Under the pieces are notes generated by a model. That model saw only the letters and a program-made list of their open reading frames with translations. It was not told the origin of the DNA and did no database searches. Of a stretch of DNA of 26,048 bases, positions 7,616 to 15,505 are shown in pieces. The stretch is taken from NCBI GenBank assembly GCA_043741175.1, contig JAYUAV010000533.1:1-26048 (forward strand), given 5' to 3'. The translations under genes were made by a program, and so were the position numbers. The DNA comes from Verrucomicrobiota bacterium (lineage in GTDB: Bacteria; Verrucomicrobiota; Verrucomicrobiia; Limisphaerales; JADLHS01). The stretch's first letter is position 1. Each line of letters begins with the position of its first letter.

Positions 7616-9808
7616 ATGGCAACTAAAGCGTCGTCGCAAACCGAAATCACAGAACTCGTCAATGGCCTCCATAAAATGGCCCGCAATCTCTGGTGGACTT
7701 GGGATCAGGAAGCCCAGGAACTATTCCACGAACTCTCGCCCCGAAGTTGGACGAATCTTTACCATAACGCCGTCGCCATCCTCCACGAAGTTTCCGATTA
7801 CGAACTGCGCGTACGTCTTCAGGACAAGGAATTCGCCACGCACGTCCGCAATGTGCTCCGCGATTTCGAGAGCTACCTCGCCGAGAAGGACACCTGGGGG
7901 CGCAAGAACGCCGCTGTCCTGCACAAGAATCCCATCGCGTATTTCTCCGCCGAGTTTGGTTTCCACGAAACCCTGCCCATCGCGGCGGGCGGTCTCGGCA
8001 TCCTCGCTGGCGATCACACGAAATCCGCGAGTGATCTGGATCTTGGTTTCGTCGGCATCAGCTTGTTCTATCGCGAGGGTTATTTCCAACAGACGGTGGA
8101 CAACAATAACTGGCAGACGGAATTCTATTCGCGTCTCGATCCCAAAAACATTCCGCTCGAACCCGTGTTGGATGCCAAGGGTCAACAAGTCATCGTCACC
8201 GTTCGTATCGCGATGTCCGATGTAAAGTTGCTCGTATGGCGCGTCAACGTGGGTCGCGTGCCGGTTTATCTTCTCGACGCAAATCATCAGGGCAACGAAC
8301 AGCATTTCCGCGATCTGACCAAGCGCGTGTACGGCGGCGACAGCACCACTCGCATCATGCAGGAGATCATTCTCGGCGTGGGCGGCGTGCGATTGATGCG
8401 CGCGCTCGGCATCACGCCTTCCACGTTTCACATGAACGAGGGTCACGCCGCGTTTCTCACGTTGGAACTCATGCGCGAAAAGATCGCCGCTGGCGCGAAG
8501 TTCGAGGACGCACTCGCCGCGTCCAAGAAGGAGTGCATGTTCACCACGCACACGCCGGTGGAAGCAGGCCACGACCGATTCAACAGCGAGCTGGTGGCTT
8601 ACGCCGCACACAATCTCAGCGAGCAACTTAAAATTTCCCACGATCAACTCATGGCACTCGGTCGCGTCAAGACGGACGACAAGACTGAACCGTTCTGCAT
8701 GACCGTGCTGGCGTTGAAAGTTTCACGCTCCGCGAATGCCGTGAGCGAACTGCACGGCCAGGTCAGCCGCGAGATGTGGCATGTCATGTTCCCCGGCGTG
8801 CCGGAAAACAAAGTTCCCATCGGCCACATCACCAACGGCATTCACGTCGCCGGTTGGATGAAGGGCACAGTCCGCAAGTTCTGGCGGCAACGCCTTACCG
8901 TCGCCAACACCAACGGCGGCAGCGGCGACACCACGCGCTTCTGGAAGACCAAGGCCGGTCATGACTGGGCCAGCGAGATTAACTCACAGGCGTTCTGGTC
9001 CAAGATGCTGGATCAAACTTTCGTCAGCGACGAAGAGCTTTGGGCGTTGCGCTATAAACTGCGCCGTGAGCTGCTGGAATTCTCACGTCGCCGTCTGTTG
9101 CTGCAATCACAGCGCGTGACTCACGAAGATTTCATCGCGTTCGATTCGTTGCTGAATCCAGATGCGTTGACCATCGGTTTCGCTCGACGCTTCGCCACTT
9201 ACAAACGCGCGCCGCTGATCTTTGAGCAGTTCGATCACATTGTGAAACTCACACGCGACACGAAGCGTCCCGTGCAATTCATCTTCGCGGGCAAGGCGCA
9301 TCCGCGCGATGACGCGGGCAAGACGTTCATACAAAAAATTATTCATCTCAGCAAGTTCAGCGACCTCAAGGGCAACCTTGTGTTCATCGAGAACTACGAC
9401 GTCCACGTCGCGCGCCAGATGGTTTCCGGCTGCGACGTGTGGTTGAACAATCCGCGTCGTCCACTCGAAGCGTCTGGAACGAGTGGCATGAAGGCAAGCT
9501 GCCAAGGCTGCTTGAATCTGAGCATCCTCGACGGTTGGTGGCGCGAAGGTTTCGACGGCACGAATGGTTTCGCCATCGGCAAGGACGAACACTCGCAAGA
9601 CGTGGACGAACAAGATCGTGTGGACAGCGCGAATCTTTTCAAGGCGTTGACTGAGGAAGTCATTCCCGCTTTTTATGACCGCGATGCTGGCGGAGTTCCG
9701 CGCAAATGGATTCAAAAAATCCGCCGGGCGATGGCCACGCTCGTCGTGCAATTCAGCACCGACCGCATGGTGCGGGATTACGCGGAGAAGTATTATCTGA
9801 CGAAGTAA
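7616..9808 (+). CDS. glgP: Alpha-glucan (glycogen/starch) phosphorylase
   Basis: IAYFSAEFG, GGLGILAGDH, HMNEGHAAF, FTTHTPV, FARRFATYKR, FAGKAHP and the PLP-lysine motif EASGTSGMKA. Confidence 0.97.
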   Translation: MATKASSQTEITELVNGLHKMARNLWWTWDQEAQELFHELSPRSWTNLYHNAVAILHEVSDYELRVRLQDKEFATHVRNVLRDFESYLAEKDTWGRKNAAVLHKNPIAYFSAEFGFHETLPIAAGGLGILAGDHTKSASDLDLGFVGISLFYREGYFQQTVDNNNWQTEFYSRLDPKNIPLEPVLDAKGQQVIVTVRIAMSDVKLLVWRVNVGRVPVYLLDANHQGNEQHFRDLTKRVYGGDSTTRIMQEIILGVGGVRLMRALGITPSTFHMNEGHAAFLTLELMREKIAAGAKFEDALAASKKECMFTTHTPVEAGHDRFNSELVAYAAHNLSEQLKISHDQLMALGRVKTDDKTEPFCMTVLALKVSRSANAVSELHGQVSREMWHVMFPGVPENKVPIGHITNGIHVAGWMKGTVRKFWRQRLTVANTNGGSGDTTRFWKTKAGHDWASEINSQAFWSKMLDQTFVSDEELWALRYKLRRELLEFSRRRLLLQSQRVTHEDFIAFDSLLNPDALTIGFARRFATYKRAPLIFEQFDHIVKLTRDTKRPVQFIFAGKAHPRDDAGKTFIQKIIHLSKFSDLKGNLVFIENYDVHVARQMVSGCDVWLNNPRRPLEASGTSGMKASCQGCLNLSILDGWWREGFDGTNGFAIGKDEHSQDVDEQDRVDSANLFKALTEEVIPAFYDRDAGGVPRKWIQKIRRAMATLVVQFSTDRMVRDYAEKYYLTK

Positions 9809-9881
9809 TTGAAATCGTTTCAAGAAGCGTGGTGCGTGAACGGAAATTCGCGCACCACGTTTTCTTTTCATGCACCACGAT

Positions 9882-10003
9882 TGAAAGCACCAACATCCAA
9901 GCACCAGAGAATCTTCAAGCTCCAATCTATCGCGGACATGACACTTTGGCCTTTGGTGTTTGGAGCTTCTCTGGGTCTTGGATGTTGGTGATTGGATGTT
10001 TCA
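9882..10003. repeat. ~120-bp imperfect palindrome built from 7-nt units (REP/MITE-like)
   Basis: CACCAACATCCAAG (9888-9901) is the exact reverse complement of 9977-9990. AAGCTCCAA pairs with TTGGAGCTT and CCAGAGAA with TTCTCTGG. Units CCAACAT/CCAAGCA/CCAGAGA and TTGGCCT/TTGGTGT/TTGGAGC. Confidence 0.8.
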
Positions 10004-10051
10004 GAAGGTTTTGCATTTAGTTCCCCGCCTTCCCCCACTACACTCCCTCCC

Positions 10052-11251
10052 GTGCCGACCGACATCAAATCCCTGACCCGCGAAGAATTGGAAGCCCAGT
10101 TCGCTGCGTGGGAACAGCCCGTCTATCGTGTGAAGCAACTCATGGACTGGCTCTACGTCCAGCGCGTGACCGATTGGGAAGCGATGACGAACCTGCCCAA
10201 ACTGCTGCGCGAAAAACTCCGGCACGATTACACGCTCGGTTCGTTGCAACTTCTCCGCAAACACGGCGCGCGCGACACCACGCAGAAATTTCTCTGGAAA
10301 CTCGCGGATCATTCGCTCATCGAAAGCGTGTTGATCCCCGCCAACCCTGCACTCTACGGCGAAGCCAGTGATCGCCACACACTCTGCGTCTCCACGCAAG
10401 TCGGCTGTGCGTATGGCTGCAAGTTCTGCGCGAGCGGCTTGGATGGTTTCAAACGCAACCTGCTCCCGCACGAAATCGTCGAACAAGTCATGGGCGTCGA
10501 GCGGTGGGCCATCCAGGAAAGCTCCAAGTTGCAAGTTGAAGGTGGCAAGTTGGAGAGTGCCGAACCTGCAACCTGCAACCTGCAACCTGCAACTTCCACC
10601 CCACGCGCCGCCTCCGGCGCAACCAGCAGCGGCTTCCCCGGCGGTCGCCTCGTGGACAACCTCGTCATCATGGGCATGGGCGAACCGCTCGCCAACTACG
10701 ACAACCTGCTCAAAGCATTGCGTCTGCTGAATTCTCCGTGGGGCGGACGCATCGGTGCGCGGAAGATCACTGTTTCCACCAGCGGCCTCGCGCCGCAAAT
10801 CCGCAAGCTCGCGGATGAGCCGGAACAATTCTCCCTCGCCATCTCGTTGCACGGCGCGACGGATGAAGTGCGTGGACGAATCATGCCGGTGAACCGCAAG
10901 TATCCGATCAAGGAACTCACCTCTGCGTTGGATTATTATCAGGCCGAACGCGGACGCATGATCACGTTTGAATACATCCTCATCAAAGGCGTGAACGATG
11001 GACTGGATCAAACCAAGCCGCTCGGCGTTCTGGCGAAACGACTCAACGCCAAGGTGAATCTGATTCCCTACAACACGGTTGAGGGATTGGAGTGGTCACG
11101 ACCAGACGAAGCCGTCTGCGAAAAATTCCTCGCCGCGATGAAGGCGCAAAAAATTGTCACCACTCTGCGCCGGGAAAAGGGACATGACATTGACGCGGCG
11201 TGTGGGCAACTAAGGTTGAAGACGGAGCGGGAGATGGTAGGGATTTTTTAA
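10052..11251 (+). CDS. rlmN: Dual-specificity 23S rRNA/tRNA adenine C2-methyltransferase RlmN (radical SAM)
   Basis: TLCVSTQVGCAYGCKFCASG (CxxxCxxC), MGMGEP, ISLH, FEYILIKGVND and IDAACGQL. Likely GTG start at 10052 (PTDIKSLT). Confidence 0.97.
   Translation: MPTDIKSLTREELEAQFAAWEQPVYRVKQLMDWLYVQRVTDWEAMTNLPKLLREKLRHDYTLGSLQLLRKHGARDTTQKFLWKLADHSLIESVLIPANPALYGEASDRHTLCVSTQVGCAYGCKFCASGLDGFKRNLLPHEIVEQVMGVERWAIQESSKLQVEGGKLESAEPATCNLQPATSTPRAASGATSSGFPGGRLVDNLVIMGMGEPLANYDNLLKALRLLNSPWGGRIGARKITVSTSGLAPQIRKLADEPEQFSLAISLHGATDEVRGRIMPVNRKYPIKELTSALDYYQAERGRMITFEYILIKGVNDGLDQTKPLGVLAKRLNAKVNLIPYNTVEGLEWSRPDEAVCEKFLAAMKAQKIVTTLRREKGHDIDAACGQLRLKTEREMVGIF
10517..10595. repeat. Heptamer-repeat palindrome inserted in-frame in rlmN
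   Basis: AAGTTGC AAGTTGA AGGTGGC AAGTTGG (10526-10553) faces (AACCTGC)x4 + AACTT (10563-10595). Confidence 0.85.
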
Positions 11252-11388
11252 TCAACGGAAACGAATTGATCAACAGTGGAACGCCCGCAGAGCGCAGTTT
11301 CGCACCGCGCCATCGCGCTTCTGTCTCTGTTCTGTGCGACAGATCAAGGATAGATCAAACGATAAACGCCGCCGCCGATCCAGTCTGA

Positions 11389-11571
11389 AACGGCATCGCC
11401 AACCGTGGCGCGTCCGTGCGCGTCCCGCACAGCTTCGTGAACGCTGGCTACAAGGGCTACCTTGAAGACCGACGTCCGAACTCGCAGGGCGACCCCTACA
11501 AGATCGCAAGCCGCATCTTGCAGACGATTGCCACCGTGCCGACACCCGGCGCGAAGAAGGCGAAGAAGTAA
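11389..11571 (+). pseudogene. glnII: Orphan 3' fragment of type II glutamine synthetase
   Basis: Translates as NGIANRGASVRVPHSFVNAGYKGYLEDRRPNSQGDPYKIASRILQTIATVPTPGAKKAKK*. This is the GS C-terminal RGAS.R.P / YLEDRRP region, with GSII-type PHSFV..GYKG and NSQGDPY. Preceded in-frame by TGA, with no start codon. Confidence 0.85.
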
Positions 11572-11600
11572 TTCAACTCCGGCGTAACGCTGGAAGCTTG

Positions 11601-11638
11601 AAACAGGCGTGACCGCGAGGTCACGCCTGTTTTGTTTT
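11601..11638 (+). terminator. Strong intrinsic terminator after the glnII fragment
   Basis: AAACAGGCGTGACC-GCGA-GGTCACGCCTGTTT perfect 14-bp stem with a GNRA loop, followed by TGTTTT. Confidence 0.9.
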
Positions 11639-11671
11639 CCGAGTGGAAACAAAACTGAACCGAGGGAAAGA

Positions 11672-11740
11672 AACCGCTAATCTGCGCTGATCGTTGCTAA
11701 TCCAAAAATCATCAGCGAAGATGAGTGAAGATTAGCGGTT
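11672..11740. repeat. Palindromic element with 10-nt internal periodicity
   Basis: AACCGCTAATCT (11672-11683) pairs perfectly with AGATTAGCGGTT (11729-11740). Decamers GCTAATCTGC/GCTGATCGTT/GCTAATC and ATCAGCGAAG/ATGAGTGAAG/ATTAGCGGTT. Confidence 0.8.
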
Positions 11741-11775
11741 AAATTTCCGTGTTTCATTTCTCCGCAAAAGCAGGC

Positions 11776-11803
11776 TGGACAGTTTTCTTGTTCAGAATAC
11801 AGT
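11776..11803 (+). promoter_or_regulatory. Possible sigma-70 promoter driving the cassette genes
   Basis: TGGACA-16 nt-TACAGT, ~40 nt upstream of the first cassette boundary. Spacing is suboptimal. Confidence 0.3.
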
Positions 11804-11868
11804 CGTACTCATGAACCGAGATAGGATGAAAAACCCGAGGTCTAGTTAGATATTAGGCGGCAGTGTGT

Positions 11869-12162
11869 ATGCAGCGTAAGGCATCGATATTTTTGCTTTT
11901 TATTTCGCTCCTTATTTCGGGGTGTTCCTCGATTCTTACGCGGTCTCTAGCTCGTTCGGTCACGCCACCGCCCCCAGAGTATTTTGGCGGAGTGCGGAAT
12001 GATTTTGGTTTGATAGGTGAGTCGAAGAAGTGGGATGAGACGGTGTGTGCAGTTGTGTATGGAGTTGTTGATATGCCGTTTTCTTTTGTGGCAGACATCG
12101 TTCTCATTCCGTATGACGTTTACACTGATTGTCGTTACACCAACAAAGCGACCACACATTGA
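11869..12162 (+). CDS. YceK/YidQ-family lipoprotein (gene cassette 1)
   Basis: Lipobox LISGC; YFGGVRNDF and VDMPFSFVADIVLIPYD match the family pattern. AT-rich codon usage. Preceded by GTTAGAT and followed by an attC. Confidence 0.8.
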   Translation: MQRKASIFLLFISLLISGCSSILTRSLARSVTPPPPEYFGGVRNDFGLIGESKKWDETVCAVVYGVVDMPFSFVADIVLIPYDVYTDCRYTNKATTH

Positions 12163-12189
12163 GATGGGGATTCTCAGAAAGATTTTGCC

Positions 12190-12281
12190 GTCTAATCATG
12201 TGATGCAGCGAACCCGGCATTACGTCGCGGTTTGCAATCATTGCGTTCCGCGGGCCGGGTCGCTGAGCTTGAGTCGTAGAT
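12190..12281 (+). mobile_element. Integron attC site (R' core damaged)
   Basis: R'' GTCTAAT (12190-12196). Inner arms CAGCGA[A]CCCGGC / GCCGGGTCGCTG with unpaired extrahelical bases. R' reads GTAGAT instead of GTTAGAT. Sits between two small ORFs. Confidence 0.75.
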
Positions 12282-12292
12282 CACTTCGCGCT

Positions 12293-12511
12293 ATGAAGAG
12301 ATTCCGCGCCTATTGCTTCGCGCTCATGGCCTTTGTCGCACTTGGCTCTGGTTGCGCGACGACCCAGCACAACGCATCCTACAGGGGTGACCTTTTAGAG
12401 AGAGAAGTTGTTAAGACTCCGACTGAGGAGTTCACTGCGTATCTTACATGGTTTGTCCTAGAGTTTGCTTACGGGCTTGGCCAGAGTGGTTGTGCATTTG
12501 AGATTAAATGA
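12293..12511 (+). CDS. Small putative lipoprotein (gene cassette 2, 72 aa)
   Basis: ATG 11 nt after the attC; MKRFRAYCFALMAFVALGSGC lipobox-like signal. GTCTAAT (R''-like) lies 10 nt after the stop. Confidence 0.6.
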   Translation: MKRFRAYCFALMAFVALGSGCATTQHNASYRGDLLEREVVKTPTEEFTAYLTWFVLEFAYGLGQSGCAFEIK

Positions 12512-12642
12512 AATTTTCGTGGTCTAATACGGAGATAGGCTGAAAACTTCCTTCCCAGATCAACATATTGATTGTTGAACGTTTCCCTCCCCTTCAATTT
12601 TTCCTACCCATCCGTGTGCCTTCGCGCCACACTCGGCTCACC

Positions 12643-14010
12643 ATGAACACGAACAATTCTCAGCCACACGTCTCCCCTGCTCTGTCGCGTCGCTCGTTCC
12701 TGAAAAATTCTTCGCTCACGGTTGCAGGTGCGGCGGCGGTCAGCAATTTTCCGTTCGTCGTCACCAGCCACGCTGCGCCGGATGATCCCATCCGTGTGGG
12801 CGTCATCGGTTGCGGTGGGCGCGGCAGCGGCGCGATTCTCAATGCGTTGGGCGTGGAGACAAAAGTTGTGTATCCCAAATCCGGTTATCACACCGAGGAC
12901 ATCAAGGCTGGCGCGAAAGCCGCCAACTCGAACATCAGTGTCGTGGCGCTCGCGGATGTTTTCCCGGATCGGCTGGCGAATTGTCGCAAGAACCTCGGTG
13001 CTGTCAGCGTCAATGTGCCGGAAGAGAATTGCTTCACCGGTTTCGACGGCTACAAGAAGTTGCTCGCCATCCCGGAGATCAATTACGTCATCCTGGCCAC
13101 GCCGCCGCATTTCCGTCCGACGCATCTGATGGCTGCGGTTCAAGCGGGCAAGAATTGTTTCATCGAGAAACCCTGTGCCGTGGACGGGCCGGGGGTTCGC
13201 ATCGTGATGGAGGCTGGAAAGCTCGCGAAGCAAAAAAATCTCGGCATCGTCTCCGGCACGCAACGTCGTCATCTGAAGAGTTACAACGAGTGCATCAAAC
13301 GCATCCAGGACGGCGCGCTTGGCGAAATCGTCCACGGTTCATGCTATTGGAACGGTGGCGTCGTCTGGACGATTGATCGCACGCCGGAGATGTCCGATAT
13401 GGAATGGCAGATGCGGAACTGGGGCTATTTCACCTGGCTCAGTGGTGATCACATCGTCGAACAACATCTCCACAACCTCGACATCATGCGCTGGGTCATC
13501 GGTCAAAACCCGGTGAAGGCGATGGCGATGGGCGGTCGCGCCGCGCGTCCGAATCATCCCAACTACGGGCACATCTACGATCACTTCGCCACAGAGTTCG
13601 AGTATGCGAACGGTATGAAGATGTTCAGTCAATGCCGTCAGATGGACAAAACGGACAGCAGAGTTGGCGATTTCATTGCGGGCACGAAAGGCACGAGCGA
13701 TTGCAAATCGTTTATCCGCGTCACCGGCGGCCAAGCGTGGCGCTTCCGCGATCAGGACACCAATCCCTACGAGCAGGAACATCTCGATCTCATCAATAGC
13801 ATCCGCGCGGGTAAGCCGTTGAACGAAGCACAGGAAACCGCCGAATCCACGCTCATGGGTATCATGGGGCGCGAATCCGCTTACAGCGGCACGATTGTGG
13901 AATGGGATCAGATGCTCAACTCAAACCATCGTCTCGGCCCGGAGAAGTATGAGTTCGGCGCGTTGCCATTCCCGGAAGTGGCTGTGCCCGGACAATACAA
14001 GGTGACGTGA
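12643..14010 (+). CDS. Tat-exported Gfo/Idh/MocA family oxidoreductase
   Basis: Twin-arginine signal SRRSFLK, GVIGCGGRG nucleotide-binding motif, ATPPHFR, FIEKP and EQHLHNLD. ATG 12643 chosen as start. Confidence 0.92.
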   Translation: MNTNNSQPHVSPALSRRSFLKNSSLTVAGAAAVSNFPFVVTSHAAPDDPIRVGVIGCGGRGSGAILNALGVETKVVYPKSGYHTEDIKAGAKAANSNISVVALADVFPDRLANCRKNLGAVSVNVPEENCFTGFDGYKKLLAIPEINYVILATPPHFRPTHLMAAVQAGKNCFIEKPCAVDGPGVRIVMEAGKLAKQKNLGIVSGTQRRHLKSYNECIKRIQDGALGEIVHGSCYWNGGVVWTIDRTPEMSDMEWQMRNWGYFTWLSGDHIVEQHLHNLDIMRWVIGQNPVKAMAMGGRAARPNHPNYGHIYDHFATEFEYANGMKMFSQCRQMDKTDSRVGDFIAGTKGTSDCKSFIRVTGGQAWRFRDQDTNPYEQEHLDLINSIRAGKPLNEAQETAESTLMGIMGRESAYSGTIVEWDQMLNSNHRLGPEKYEFGALPFPEVAVPGQYKVT

Positions 14011-14810
14011 CCAATCTCCTCAAAGCACTCGCCGCTGAACTTGAACGTCCACGCTCAGTCTCACCGCAAGTCATCAAGCACATCGTCGGCACGCACGGAG
14101 TTGCACGCGAAGACGTCGGCGCGTTTCTCGTCGAGACATTTCCCAAGTTGGAGGATTACGAGGTTGATCTGGTTCTCGCGGCACTCTTCACGCCGTCGCT
14201 GGCAGATCAATCGGTGTTCGCTGAGTTGCTCGGCAAAAAGTCTGTCCCCGCAGATCAATGGCCAGCGTTGACTCAACAACTCGCGCAACGTCCGACTCTC
14301 GCCCGACTCACCACCGAAGACGGCGCGATACATCCAGTCCCCTTGCGCGATGTGATGATTGAACGGTTCGTCCATCGCCTTCGATTGGAAGGCACGATTG
14401 ACGACGGTGTATTCCAATTGATCGGCAGCCTGCCGCAAGCCGGAGATCGTGCGCTGCTCAAAGCCATCGCGCGTCGCGCGATCTGGGAGAACCCCAGCCG
14501 CCGAGAAATTCTCACGCGTTATCTCACGTCCGTCGGCGACGCGTTTCGCGCAGACGATGCCGGTGCGTTGTTGAAGCTTGCTGAAACCTACGAGCCAGCA
14601 AGTGTTGCCGAGTTGCGAGCGCGGATTCCGCACTGGCGACAAGTCCTACGACAAGAGATCAACGAAGGCGGCACGAAACCCTTCTTCAACGAGCGCGTCG
14701 AAGAACTCCACGGCGGCGGACGCGATCAACGTCGCCCCGACAATAGCCGCACAACCGCGAAAGAAAACGAACAGGCGTTCTTGGAACGACTGCAACGAGT
14801 CCTGATTTGA
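14007..14810 (+). CDS. Hypothetical protein (267 aa, mostly helical)
   Basis: GTGA overlap with the upstream stop and host-like codon usage. No recognisable domain. Confidence 0.75.
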   Translation: MTNLLKALAAELERPRSVSPQVIKHIVGTHGVAREDVGAFLVETFPKLEDYEVDLVLAALFTPSLADQSVFAELLGKKSVPADQWPALTQQLAQRPTLARLTTEDGAIHPVPLRDVMIERFVHRLRLEGTIDDGVFQLIGSLPQAGDRALLKAIARRAIWENPSRREILTRYLTSVGDAFRADDAGALLKLAETYEPASVAELRARIPHWRQVLRQEINEGGTKPFFNERVEELHGGGRDQRRPDNSRTTAKENEQAFLERLQRVLI

Positions 14811-14847
14811 AACCGAACAATCAAACCAACAAACAGCACAACCTGAA

Positions 14848-15441
14848 ATGAAAACAACCTCCTCGTTCTCCACCCGAATCCTCACACTGCTCGCCATCTC
14901 GATGATTCTTACTGTGGCACGCGCCGATGATTTCAAACCCGAACCCGGCTACGTCAGCCTGTTCAACGGCAAAGACCTCACTGGCTGGGGTTATTTGACC
15001 AACAACTTTGACGGCAAACTCGCGAGCGATGACGGACGCTTCTCCGCCACGAACGGCGCACTGACAGTTCACCCGCGCGAACCGCGCTTGATCCAGAAGA
15101 TTTGGACGACGAGAGAGTTCACCAACGATTTCATCCTCAAGCTGGAATTCCGCGCCGCTACAAATGCCGACAGCGGCATCTACGTTCGCGAGCCGCAACT
15201 GCAATGTCGGGACTACCTCGTCGCTGGACCTTACAAAAACTTGAAGCAATACAAGCCGCAGGACTGGAATGAGATCATCGTCATCGCTACGAACAACGTC
15301 GCCTTCTGCACTTGCAACGGCGAAGTGCTGGAAGCTGCGATGAAACTTCCCGCCTCCGGCCCGATCGGTTTTGAAGGAGATCGCGGCGAGATGGAATATC
15401 GCCGCGTGCGGTTGAAAGAACTACCGCGAAGTTCCCATTGA
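14848..15441 (+). CDS. DUF1080 (3-keto-disaccharide hydrolase / GH16-like) exported protein
   Basis: Signal peptide; SLFNGKDLTGW, F.LKLEFR, NADSGIY, WNEIII and GPIGFEG..MEYR motifs. Confidence 0.9.
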   Translation: MKTTSSFSTRILTLLAISMILTVARADDFKPEPGYVSLFNGKDLTGWGYLTNNFDGKLASDDGRFSATNGALTVHPREPRLIQKIWTTREFTNDFILKLEFRAATNADSGIYVREPQLQCRDYLVAGPYKNLKQYKPQDWNEIIVIATNNVAFCTCNGEVLEAAMKLPASGPIGFEGDRGEMEYRRVRLKELPRSSH

Positions 15442-15505
15442 AGGTTGGTCTTTGGCAAAAGCGCTGTTGTGCAAATGACTCTTGGTTTGGTTAATTAAGA
15501 ACGTG

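Noticed and set aside
11280-11345. Possible fifth palindromic element (CGCAGAG.../...CTCTGTTCTGTGCG) after rlmN
   Set aside because: Arm complementarity is too weak to define.
11200-11388. 62-aa ORF upstream of the glnII fragment as its missing 5' part
   Set aside because: Same frame but shows no GS similarity and ends in TGA just before the fragment.
12017-12511. 164-aa ORF spanning the attC
   Set aside because: The N-terminal part overlaps the YceK-like gene and is simply the translated attC (PSNHVMQRT...GSLSLSR). The real ORF probably starts at ATG 12293.
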